From contig MHRT01000005.1 in the NCBI GenBank assembly GCA_001821055.1, forward strand, positions 109,533 to 154,377: DNA of 44,845 nt, in the 5' to 3' direction. Source of the DNA: Candidatus Taylorbacteria bacterium RIFCSPHIGHO2_12_FULL_45_16 (GTDB lineage: Bacteria; Patescibacteriota; Minisyncoccia; Phycocordibacterales; PALSA-1337). A program made the translations under genes and the position numbers. This document shows positions 30,337-38,675 of the stretch, piece after piece; position 1 is the first letter of the stretch; every line of letters begins with the position of its first letter. The notes under the pieces were generated by a model. That model saw only the letters and a program-made list of their open reading frames with translations. It searched no databases and was not told the DNA's origin.

Positions 30337-30765
30337 ATGGGTAAAAAAAGAATCGTCACAACCGCCGGGACCGAATCAACTGATGCAAAAAAAGCACCTG
30401 TTGTTTCGGCAAAAAAACGCGTCGAATCCGGCATACTGCATGTCCAATCCACTTACAACAACACCAAGGTAATGCTCACTGATATCAAAGGTAATGCTCT
30501 TTTGTGGGGTTCGAGTGGCGGCGCGGGATTTCGCGGAGCGAAAAAAGGCACGCCGTTCGCGGCGGCCAAGGTTGGTGAAATATTGGCCCTGAAAGCCATT
30601 GGCATTGGCCTAAAAGAGGTCGCCGTGATAGTCAAAGGTGTTGGTTCAGGTCGTGAATCGGCGATTCGTGGATTTATCAGTAAAGGCATTATCATCACTT
30701 CCATTAAAGATAAGACCCCGATTCCATTCAATGGTCCTCAACCGAAAAAGCCTCGTCGTGTTTGA
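30337..30765 (+). CDS. rpsK: 30S ribosomal protein S11
   Basis: STYNNT, KKGTPFAA, GVGSGRESA. Confidence 0.97.
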   Translation: MGKKRIVTTAGTESTDAKKAPVVSAKKRVESGILHVQSTYNNTKVMLTDIKGNALLWGSSGGAGFRGAKKGTPFAAAKVGEILALKAIGIGLKEVAVIVKGVGSGRESAIRGFISKGIIITSIKDKTPIPFNGPQPKKPRRV

Positions 30766-30789
30766 TTATTAATTTTTTTCAATATCATC

Positions 30790-31395
30790 ATGTTAATTGG
30801 TCCACGATATAAAAAAGCTCGCTATCTCGGTGCCGCCGTTTTTCGTAAGACACAAACGCCAAAGTATTCCTTGCGTGTGCAAACAAAGGCCAAGAACACC
30901 AAACGCCGCGGCGCGAAAAGCGAATACGGTCGTCAACTCTTGGAAAAACAAAAGGCCCGCTACAGTTACGGTATTTCCGGCGGCCAATTTACCAACTATG
31001 TCAAATCCGCACTCAAGACTACTGGAGACAACGCCAAAAATCTTCTCCGTATTCTCGAAGGCAGACTTGACAATGTAGTTCTGCGCGCCGGTTTCGCGTT
31101 GAGTCGTGCGTCCGCCCGTCAGATGGTCAACCATGGTCACATTATGGTCAACGACAAAATAGTCAACATTCCTTCATATCAGGTGCGCATCGGTGATACT
31201 TTGACCATTCGTGAAGGGAGTAAAAAGAAAGCGATTTTCAGCAAGTTGGATGATGAGCTAAAAAATATCAAAGCTCCGGCGTGGATCTCGGTCAACACGG
31301 AAAAAAAAGAGATAAGGGTCGAAGGTGAGCCGGTGACGGACATGTCTGAATTGCTCTTTGATGTGCGCGCCGTGCTTGAGTTTTATACTCGCTAG
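30790..31395 (+). CDS. rpsD: 30S ribosomal protein S4
   Basis: SEYGRQLLEKQK, LEGRLDNVV, ARQMVNHGH. Confidence 0.97.
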   Translation: MLIGPRYKKARYLGAAVFRKTQTPKYSLRVQTKAKNTKRRGAKSEYGRQLLEKQKARYSYGISGGQFTNYVKSALKTTGDNAKNLLRILEGRLDNVVLRAGFALSRASARQMVNHGHIMVNDKIVNIPSYQVRIGDTLTIREGSKKKAIFSKLDDELKNIKAPAWISVNTEKKEIRVEGEPVTDMSELLFDVRAVLEFYTR

Positions 31396-31445
31396 ACAAA
31401 TATTATTTTTTAATATATAATTAACCACCAATATTTATAAATATC

Positions 31446-32417
31446 ATGACACACGATCTTATTCTTCCTTCAAAGCCAAGAATCATCAATGAGCACGGTA
31501 CCAGCGGTACCTATGAGATTGACGGTCTTTACCCTGGTTACGGACACACATTGGGCAACTCGCTCCGTCGCATCATCCTCTCATCGCTTCCTGGTGCGGC
31601 CGTTACCAAGGTCAAAATCAAGAATGTCGAGCATGAATTTTCGGCAATAGACGGTATAAAGGAAGACGTCATCACTATTTTACTTGCATTAAAAAAACTC
31701 CGAGTTCGCATTAGCGGCGACGAGGCGGTCAATCTTACTATCAAAGTCAAGGGTGCAAAGGAAGTCACCGCCAAAGATATTGATGTTCCAGGACAGGTTG
31801 AGATTCTTAATCCGGAACTTCATATCGCTTCGCTGACCGAAAAATCATCGGAACTTGATGTGGAAATCATGGTGGAAAAAGGCCTTGGTTATGTTTCGAA
31901 GGAAATCATCCAAAAAGAACGCGTGGAAATTGGCGCCATCACCCTTGATGCCGCATTCACTCCTATTCGTAAAGCTAATTATGAAGTTGAGAATATGCGC
32001 GTCGGCGATCGCACGGATTTCAATCGTCTTCGTGTGACGATTGAAACCGATGGTACGATTTCTCCTCGTGAAGCGTTGGAAAAATCCATCGCCATAATGA
32101 TTCACCAACTCAAAGCCATTGTCGGTTTCACCGAGAAAGACACGGAAGTTGATATGGTTGAATCTGTCGATAAAAAAACGGAATCTCCTGAAGGATCGCT
32201 CAAGGACATTAATTCTGATCTGTTGAAGACTCGCGTCGACGCACTTGGTTTTTCTGTTCGCACTGCCAAAGCGCTTTCTAACAGCAATGTCCGTACACTG
32301 GGCGGCTTGGCACGCAAAAAAGAGTCGGATATTATGGACATTGACGGGCTAGGCGCCAAAGGTATGCAAGAGATCAAAAAATTATTGGCTCAGCACGGCA
32401 TAACGCTAAAGCAATAA
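31446..32417 (+). CDS. rpoA: RNA polymerase alpha subunit
   Basis: GYGHTLGNSLRRIILSSLPGAA, HEFS. Confidence 0.97.
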   Translation: MTHDLILPSKPRIINEHGTSGTYEIDGLYPGYGHTLGNSLRRIILSSLPGAAVTKVKIKNVEHEFSAIDGIKEDVITILLALKKLRVRISGDEAVNLTIKVKGAKEVTAKDIDVPGQVEILNPELHIASLTEKSSELDVEIMVEKGLGYVSKEIIQKERVEIGAITLDAAFTPIRKANYEVENMRVGDRTDFNRLRVTIETDGTISPREALEKSIAIMIHQLKAIVGFTEKDTEVDMVESVDKKTESPEGSLKDINSDLLKTRVDALGFSVRTAKALSNSNVRTLGGLARKKESDIMDIDGLGAKGMQEIKKLLAQHGITLKQ

Positions 32418-32429
32418 TCTGTTATTTTT

Positions 32430-32780
32430 ATGAGACATCATTCAAACAAGAGAAAATTCGGCAGAGAAAAGAATCAGAGAAACGCTTTGATGTCTTCGTT
32501 GGCGCGAAACTTGATTCGTGACAACCGGATAAAAACCACGACTATGAAAGCTAAAGAGCTCCGCCCGATGGTCGAGAAACTTATCACCAAAGCTAAGATT
32601 GCGACTATCGTCTCGCGCCGCCTGATTATCTCACGGATCCACGCTGTTGCCGAAACCAAAAAACTCATTGAAACAATTGCGCCAAGATATGTGAACCGCA
32701 AAGGTGGTTATACCCGTATCATCCGTCTGCCAAATCGCGATTTGGATGGCAGTCCGATGTCATTAATTGAATTTGTATAA
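32430..32780 (+). CDS. rplQ: 50S ribosomal protein L17
   Basis: MRH, KAKELR, GGYTRI. Confidence 0.97.
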   Translation: MRHHSNKRKFGREKNQRNALMSSLARNLIRDNRIKTTTMKAKELRPMVEKLITKAKIATIVSRRLIISRIHAVAETKKLIETIAPRYVNRKGGYTRIIRLPNRDLDGSPMSLIEFV

Positions 32781-32810
32781 AAATAACACCAGTTCACGAG
32801 TGTCACAATC

Positions 32811-33155
32811 ATGAAACACACCATCGACGCACAAGGTAAAAAGATAGGACGCATTGCTAGTCAAGCGGCGGTTATTCTTTTAGGAAAACATTCGCCCGCG
32901 TTTGCTAAAAATAAAGTGTCAATTGATACGGTCGAAATTGTCAACGCTTCAAAAGTTGATCTTACTTTAAAAAAGAAAATCAATGATATTTTTGTGACAT
33001 ACACTGGTTTTCGTGGCGGTTTGAAAAATGAATCTTTAGGAGAGCTGATCGCGCGCCGAGGCATGACGGAAGTATTCCGTCGAGCCGTCACCCGCATGTT
33101 GCCCAACAACCGTCTGCGCGATGAAAGGATTAAGAATCTGACCATAAAAGAATGA
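32811..33155 (+). CDS. rplM: 50S ribosomal protein L13 (short form)
   Basis: IDAQGKKIGRIAS, YTGFRGGL, RMLPNNRL. Confidence 0.95.
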   Translation: MKHTIDAQGKKIGRIASQAAVILLGKHSPAFAKNKVSIDTVEIVNASKVDLTLKKKINDIFVTYTGFRGGLKNESLGELIARRGMTEVFRRAVTRMLPNNRLRDERIKNLTIKE

Positions 33156-33167
33156 ATATAAAATAAG

Positions 33168-33578
33168 ATGACGACCAAACCAACAATTCACAAATACTTT
33201 GAAGCTGTCGGTCGCAGGAAAACTGCCATTGCTCGCGTGCGTCTTTTTCCTGCTACAAAAACTGGATTCGAGATCAACGGCAAGTCATTGGAGATATATT
33301 TTCCAGTCAAAGAAATGCAAATGAATGTTACCGATCCTTTCACCAATGGTAAGGCCGCAGAGAAATTCCATGTGACTGCTAAGCTCACAGGTGGAGGCAT
33401 TTCAGCTCAATCAGAAGCACTCCGTCACGGTATCTCCCGCGCTTTACTTGTTTATGATATAGAGCTCCGTGGCAAACTCAAAAAGCTTGGTTACTTGAAA
33501 CGTGACCCTCGTGCCAAAGAGCGCCGCAAGTTTGGTTTCAAAAAAGCCCGTAAGTCTCCACAGTGGAGTAAGAGATAA
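33168..33578 (+). CDS. rpsI: 30S ribosomal protein S9
   Basis: GRRKTAIARV, GGGISAQ, KKARKSPQWSKR. Confidence 0.97.
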   Translation: MTTKPTIHKYFEAVGRRKTAIARVRLFPATKTGFEINGKSLEIYFPVKEMQMNVTDPFTNGKAAEKFHVTAKLTGGGISAQSEALRHGISRALLVYDIELRGKLKKLGYLKRDPRAKERRKFGFKKARKSPQWSKR

Positions 33579-33596
33579 CTTACCGCCGCAGTGGTC
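33558..33596 (+). repeat. attL, overlapping the rpsI 3' end
   Basis: ccacagtggagtaagagataacttaccgccgcagtggtc; 38/39 identical to 44069-44107. Confidence 0.92.
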
Positions 33597-33627
33597 TAAA
33601 CGATAAACGAGCCTTCTTTATGAAAAG

Positions 33628-33660
33628 ATTAAGACGCCCAGAGATGGGCGTTTTAATTTT
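33628..33660 (+). terminator. intrinsic terminator after rpsI, inside the element
   Basis: attaagacgccca-gaga-tgggcgttttaat followed by T-rich tail. Confidence 0.75.
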
Positions 33661-33666
33661 ATCTAC

Positions 33667-33828
33667 ATGGATAAATACCCTAGGTTAAATTCAGTTGTTG
33701 TCCTCGAACATGGTCAAGATATCGTGCGTGTTTATAACGCTCTTGTAATGGCTGTCGAAGCCGGAGAGGGCAAGGAAAGAGATCACTACCAGTCTATTAT
33801 TGAGCGTCTATTTTTAGAATCTCCATGA
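33667..33828 (+). CDS. 53-aa hypothetical phage protein
   Basis: MDKYPRLN...LFLESP; ATGA overlap with the next ORF. Confidence 0.5.
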   Translation: MDKYPRLNSVVVLEHGQDIVRVYNALVMAVEAGEGKERDHYQSIIERLFLESP

Positions 33829-33968
33829 AAAACATATTCCACATTTTTGGAGGAAAGAGGAGGTCACGTCACATTAAAAGTAAGATGAAGTACTTTTCGG
33901 GTAGAGGGTATAAACCGCGTGCGGCTCTGCAATTACAAAAAATGTACCCGTCGGCTCGAATTAAATAA
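33825..33968 (+). CDS. 47-aa basic hypothetical protein
   Basis: MKNIFHIFGGKRRSRH...ARIK; translationally coupled to the previous ORF. Confidence 0.45.
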   Translation: MKNIFHIFGGKRRSRHIKSKMKYFSGRGYKPRAALQLQKMYPSARIK

Positions 33969-33977
33969 ATAATCACC

Positions 33978-34121
33978 ATGAGAATCATTAAAAACGATCA
34001 TCTTATAGAAATGGCTTGGTCAAAAATAGCAGAGGGATTGGCACGTAGAGATTTTCTTGTCGTACAGAAGAATTTTTACTGGCTACGTAGGTTACTTAAA
34101 GAGGCAGAAATTAAATTCTGA
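33978..34121 (+). CDS. 47-aa hypothetical protein
   Basis: MRIIKNDH...EIKF; TGATG overlap with the next ORF. Confidence 0.5.
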   Translation: MRIIKNDHLIEMAWSKIAEGLARRDFLVVQKNFYWLRRLLKEAEIKF

Positions 34122-34321
34122 TGATTACCCAATGGCATTGCGACATAGAAGCTTCTTCGTCTGACTGCTATGTAACGGCCAGCACTACGATCAGCTCAAC
34201 TTCAAGCCCGATCTATTCACAGGATGCAGGGAACATCAGTTTTGGTCTTGCGGTTCAGATTGTCCTCATGGGATTGATAGCTTGTGGTCTGGTCTTTAAT
34301 GTTTTCTTTAAGCGTAAATAA
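34121..34321 (+). CDS. small TM protein (minor coat-like)
   Basis: 66 aa; C-terminal TM followed by KRK. Confidence 0.6.
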   Translation: MITQWHCDIEASSSDCYVTASTTISSTSSPIYSQDAGNISFGLAVQIVLMGLIACGLVFNVFFKRK

Positions 34322-34322
34322 C

Positions 34323-34490
34323 ATGTTTGATCCAAATTACCAATTTGCTACTCCTCTACTCATGGCATTCAATGCGGTCTTTATTTTTCTCGCTACATGG
34401 ATTCCTGTATATGCGGCGATTTCTTTTTTTATCGGCCTGATAGTTAGATTTTTTCGCAAAGGTGGTTCACGTAATGTATTGCGAATATGA
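34323..34490 (+). CDS. small TM protein (coat-like)
   Basis: 55 aa, hydrophobic, basic C-tail. Confidence 0.6.
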   Translation: MFDPNYQFATPLLMAFNAVFIFLATWIPVYAAISFFIGLIVRFFRKGGSRNVLRI

Positions 34491-34588
34491 TTACACCCGA
34501 AATTTACTTTCTCTATATTTTTGCGATGTTGCTTTCGATAGTGATCTACACTTTTTTGCGACTTATTAAACGATTTCTAAACTGGTGA
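34487..34588 (+). CDS. 33-aa TM protein (pVII/pIX-like)
   Basis: MITPEIYFLYIFAMLLSIVIYTFLRLIKRFLNW; ATGA overlap. Confidence 0.55.
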   Translation: MITPEIYFLYIFAMLLSIVIYTFLRLIKRFLNW

Positions 34589-34646
34589 TCTCGGCAATGC
34601 CAATAAGCCCGAAGCCAAGTCGATTTATCAAAATAACATCATAAAC

Positions 34647-34856
34647 ATGACCTCTACAACCACAGCCATTTTTACCGCACTAGGCATTCCTTGGGCAACC
34701 ATGTATGCCTCGGTACAAACGGCAGTAGGCCAAGCAGGGCAAGTCCTTTTGGACATCTTTGTGACCTTGTGGCCGCTCTGGCTCGGTATAGGTGTTTTGC
34801 TTTTCGTGATCGGCATCCCTTGGGTGCTCTATCGACGCGCCACCCACGCAAGGTAA
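34647..34856 (+). CDS. candidate major coat protein (pVIII-like)
   Basis: 69 aa; amphipathic N-part, TM, basic tail YRRATHAR; directly before the pIII-like gene. Confidence 0.65.
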   Translation: MTSTTTAIFTALGIPWATMYASVQTAVGQAGQVLLDIFVTLWPLWLGIGVLLFVIGIPWVLYRRATHAR

Positions 34857-34915
34857 ACACAGAAAAGACCCCCTATTCGGAGGCCTTTCGTAATACACCA
34901 TAATTTTACCATCTT

Positions 34916-36364
34916 ATGAGAAATTCCTGCAAGTGGCTAGGCATTATAGGAGTAGTGGCTACTCTCGTATTTTTTGCCGACGTGCCACGCGCGAGTGCTG
35001 ATATTCAGCAATTGGAAAACAGCGTGTTGTATCAGAACGGTCAGACCATAGACCAGGCACTGGGTACAGGTCTTTCTGGGTCAATTGATAGTATCGGTGT
35101 ATATGCTGAATACTATAGCGGTTCAGGCATCTTTATTGTGGCGATTGCCTGTTACGACGATGCGGCCTACACCCTAATATGTGGAGGAGGTACGGATGGA
35201 ACTCATTTTCGTTCAGAAAATGTTGACGTAACTACACTCAACGGGTACATAAATATCGAATCGAATGGCGTTTATGTAGACACATTTACACCTACGAAAT
35301 ACTACCGATTAGCAGTACGTTCAGATGGTTTCTATTCAATTGGCGGAGCTTCTTCTGGCTCCCCATATGCCTTTGGTGATGTTTTGCCTGACTCTTTAAG
35401 TCCGAATACATCACCATCAATAACTGGAAAGGATCTGTATTTTTGGATAAATGCTGACTATTCAGCGATTCCTGATACCTCAACTCGCTTTATCTTTCTT
35501 TCTCCTGTCGCAAGTTCGACTGTGGCAACAAGCACTACAGTCGGAGCGCATGTGTATGTAAATGAATCTGACTGGGAAGATGGGACGTACTTGTCCCTCG
35601 CATATACCAATCAGACTGTGGCACATGTAGGTGGCTCGGCTCTCGATGCGTGGTACGCGGCATTTGGCACAGGTTCGACGGGAGGCGATACCGCGATCCA
35701 CTTACCACTGCTTGCCGGAGATAACGATGTAGCAACTTCGACAGTATTTCCGTTTATCGGCCGAACGATAGGAAATTACAAAATTATTAGACCATCTGCA
35801 TACGAAGGGTTGTGGTTGATAGGGCGTTTCTTTGGAGGACAGACGATCGTAGCTTCTTCTACTTCTTTCATTGTCGTCCAAAGAACAGGTGTGGATATTG
35901 CGGTGGAGGCGGGCGGGACAGCATTGATTGATGCTCTGATTACGGGTACCACTACTGCTCCGATCTTAAACTGTCACGTAACGAGCTTTTCACTCGAACT
36001 CTGCCTAATCTCGCTCATTGTACCGCCAGCTTCAGTTTTGAAGGCCGATTTTGAACGATTCCGCGATGCCTTCCTAACTAAATGGCCTCTAGGTTACGTT
36101 ACGCGAGTAATTTCCGTAATGGCGACCACAACCCCCGTAGCATTACCCACACTCGACTTTACAATGCCGTCCGTGATTGGGGGACAGCATGTAGAACTTG
36201 ATCCGTGGCCATATCTTTTCAGTGCTTCTTCGACTATCGGATCAGCAAGCTCTACGGAGGGGCAGACATTCCGTGAAATTACGGAGCCATATTGGTACAT
36301 GTTGTGGGCTGTAATCCTCGTACTCGCAATTACCAAGCATGTAATAGGGATGAGACACCACTAA
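34916..36364 (+). CDS. adsorption protein (pIII-like)
   Basis: Signal peptide, S/T/G-rich body, C-terminal TM anchor; inovirus gene order. Confidence 0.7.
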   Translation: MRNSCKWLGIIGVVATLVFFADVPRASADIQQLENSVLYQNGQTIDQALGTGLSGSIDSIGVYAEYYSGSGIFIVAIACYDDAAYTLICGGGTDGTHFRSENVDVTTLNGYINIESNGVYVDTFTPTKYYRLAVRSDGFYSIGGASSGSPYAFGDVLPDSLSPNTSPSITGKDLYFWINADYSAIPDTSTRFIFLSPVASSTVATSTTVGAHVYVNESDWEDGTYLSLAYTNQTVAHVGGSALDAWYAAFGTGSTGGDTAIHLPLLAGDNDVATSTVFPFIGRTIGNYKIIRPSAYEGLWLIGRFFGGQTIVASSTSFIVVQRTGVDIAVEAGGTALIDALITGTTTAPILNCHVTSFSLELCLISLIVPPASVLKADFERFRDAFLTKWPLGYVTRVISVMATTTPVALPTLDFTMPSVIGGQHVELDPWPYLFSASSTIGSASSTEGQTFREITEPYWYMLWAVILVLAITKHVIGMRHH

Positions 36365-36365
36365 A

Positions 36366-36635
36366 ATGATATTGCAATTGATTCTAACAATTCTGATCGG
36401 AGCAATAGAAATTTTATTTGGATGGCTTCCCGATGCGAGTACCTTACCGAGTGTTTTCGGGTATTCATTGGATACTGCTTTTGTTACAGCGATGGGATAC
36501 TGGCAGTCATTTTCTAGTGTTGTCTGGCCAGTGGTATTTCCATTTCAGTGCGCCCTGTTCTATATGGGCTTCTTATTAACAATCCAAGTCGTAAAGATTT
36601 TCTTAGGCCATAGAACGCCTAGCGCAACAACATAA
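36366..36635 (+). CDS. pVI-like membrane protein
   Basis: 89 aa, hydrophobic; lies between the pIII-like gene and Zot. Confidence 0.65.
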   Translation: MILQLILTILIGAIEILFGWLPDASTLPSVFGYSLDTAFVTAMGYWQSFSSVVWPVVFPFQCALFYMGFLLTIQVVKIFLGHRTPSATT

Positions 36636-37549
36636 TGCCTACATTCATACCAAACAAAGCGGGAACCGCTGTTAAGGAAATTGACTTACTTGATCTTTTC
36701 GAGGCCGAGGAGGGCACAATCAATCAGTATTATGGCCGAGTTGGACAAGGAAAGACGTATGCGGCGACAAAAGATGTGCTTGATGATCTGGCAAATGGGC
36801 AAGTGATCTATGCGAACTGGCATCTGAACTTTGAAGGACATGATGACAGATATTCGTTGAAGTACGCTTCGCGAAATTTCTTTTTCTTTAGGAAAAGGTA
36901 CTACCGATTCCCAAAAGAAAACTTCCACTTCATAGAAATAGACGATCAATTTATGGATAAATTCGAGAAATTGACGGACTGCAAAGTGTATCTCGACGAA
37001 GGGCACGTAATCTTTGATTCGTATGAAATGGCCAAAATGTCTTTACGGAAACGTAAAAGCATTTTACATACGCGCCATTTCAACAGAACGATCAATATTA
37101 TTTCACAACGTCCAACAGCGGTGCATGTTTCCGCTCGCGGAAATGTAAATATATTCTATCGTTGCACAAAGATTTGGACGTGGCCGGTCATGCTCTTTCG
37201 GCGACAGGAATTCCAAGATATGACAGGGGAGACTGTTGATGAGACAGCCGATCCCATCTCTACACGCTTCTACATGGGAAGAAAGCGTGTCTTTGAGGCA
37301 TACAACTCAAAGTATCTTCGTGGAGGAATTCCGAGATCGCAGAAAGTGTATGTCGAGGCTTGGGATTTGAGCTTCACGGAGCGATTTTGGCTTTTGTGCT
37401 CTGTGATTCAACGTGTGCTTCCGCTTAAGCGGAAGCACACGCCCGCGCGCGAAAGCGCGTCGCCGAGGGGGTTAAATGGGGCTAACGGCGTTAAAGAATC
37501 ATCCGGCGTGCCCACTACGGATGATCGGACGGGGGAACTCCCGTTTTAA
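36635..37549 (+). CDS. Zot/pI-like assembly ATPase
   Basis: Walker A GRVGQGKT, IYAN, Walker B VYLDEGH, HTRH, IISQ. Confidence 0.88.
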   Translation: MPTFIPNKAGTAVKEIDLLDLFEAEEGTINQYYGRVGQGKTYAATKDVLDDLANGQVIYANWHLNFEGHDDRYSLKYASRNFFFFRKRYYRFPKENFHFIEIDDQFMDKFEKLTDCKVYLDEGHVIFDSYEMAKMSLRKRKSILHTRHFNRTINIISQRPTAVHVSARGNVNIFYRCTKIWTWPVMLFRRQEFQDMTGETVDETADPISTRFYMGRKRVFEAYNSKYLRGGIPRSQKVYVEAWDLSFTERFWLLCSVIQRVLPLKRKHTPARESASPRGLNGANGVKESSGVPTTDDRTGELPF

Positions 37550-37610
37550 GTTGTCTCACGCTTCGTGTTGGCTTGTCAGCTGTCTAACGCTGTCGAGGGA
37601 TAATACACGT

Positions 37611-37653
37611 CGAGCGGCCTACTCTGCTGTCATCAGCGGAGTAGGGGCGCTCG
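37611..37653. other. GC-rich hairpin after Zot (candidate packaging signal or origin)
   Basis: cgagcg-g-cctactctgctg-tcat-cagcggagtagg-gg-cgctcg; no U tract. Confidence 0.45.
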
Positions 37654-37731
37654 TGAAAACAAGAGGGATATTATATACGGAACAGCGATTGTCACAATAC
37701 AATTAAATAACAATGTGCTAGATTTATACAC

Positions 37732-37992
37732 ATGAACCCAACTGAAATGAAATACGCATTGCTATGTTTGGCGACTTTAGGACTTTCAAGTTACACTTTT
37801 TATCTCTCTAATATTATTCTTGGAATACCACTGACAATCATCGGGATACTCTTTGGCATCAGGAGTACCAGTGCAAACAAACCTAAATGGAAGCAGGGTA
37901 TTTGGGTAGCCATCGGAGCTGTAGTCTTGGGATATACTGTTGCCGCACTTTTACTCGGATCAATTACTGGTTACTGTATGAACTGTGGATAA
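37732..37992 (+). CDS. small 3-TM protein
   Basis: 86 aa, hydrophobic; TGcTAGATT 7 nt before the ATG. Confidence 0.65.
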   Translation: MNPTEMKYALLCLATLGLSSYTFYLSNIILGIPLTIIGILFGIRSTSANKPKWKQGIWVAIGAVVLGYTVAALLLGSITGYCMNCG

Positions 37993-38065
37993 CCAAAATT
38001 AGAAGGGGTATTTTTATGCTATACTATTGTTCGTACTCTTAATAATTGAGTGGCCAATTATATAT

Positions 38066-38332
38066 ATGAAAAAAAATATTTATATTGCTATAGGTTCGTA
38101 TGTTCTTGCTTTGTTAGTTATGCTTATAGGAATTCCTGTAAGTGCATCGCCCGATACAAATAATTTAACGATCGCCATAGTCACTGCTATTTTTTTGGTA
38201 ATAGGAATTATATTCAGTCTTAAAAGCAACAAAGCAAAAGAATCATCTTGGATCGGAAGTCTCCTCGGTATTATAGGTATTCTTTGGCTGATATTCACTT
38301 TCATTGTCCTCTATTTGTCATCGATGCAATAA
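38066..38332 (+). CDS. small 3-TM protein, paralog A
   Basis: YVLALL...SNKAKESSWIG. Confidence 0.7.
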   Translation: MKKNIYIAIGSYVLALLVMLIGIPVSASPDTNNLTIAIVTAIFLVIGIIFSLKSNKAKESSWIGSLLGIIGILWLIFTFIVLYLSSMQ

Positions 38333-38601
38333 TGCAAAAGTATAAAAATACTTATATTTCCGTTGCATTTTACGTGCTGGCGCTTTTGTTTTATTTTATA
38401 TTAAACTCACCGGCGACTGCACCTTATTTCATCTGCGCAGTTATAGGTATCTTCTTTGCTCATATGAGTAACAGGAAGAAGGAATCATCTTGGGGAGGAA
38501 ATCTTTTACTGGTAGTTGGAATCTTACTGGTTTTGTTTCCTTTCTTAATAGTGCCCCTCTCATTCATGCTGTCAGGAACTTTGTACAATATTAGTCATTA
38601 G
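38332..38601 (+). CDS. small 3-TM protein, paralog B
   Basis: YVLALL...SNRKKESSWGG; TAATG overlap. Confidence 0.7.
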   Translation: MQKYKNTYISVAFYVLALLFYFILNSPATAPYFICAVIGIFFAHMSNRKKESSWGGNLLLVVGILLVLFPFLIVPLSFMLSGTLYNISH

Positions 38602-38626
38602 AAAGTGGAGAGTGGTGACTACAAAT

Positions 38627-38655
38627 AAAAAAGGGCCTGCCCTGAAGCAAGCCCT
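38627..38655 (-). terminator. intrinsic terminator of the 907-aa gene
   Basis: Minus strand agggcttgc-loop-gcaggccct followed by a U tract. Confidence 0.65.
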
Positions 38656-38675
38656 GTGACTAAGAGAACTACCGA

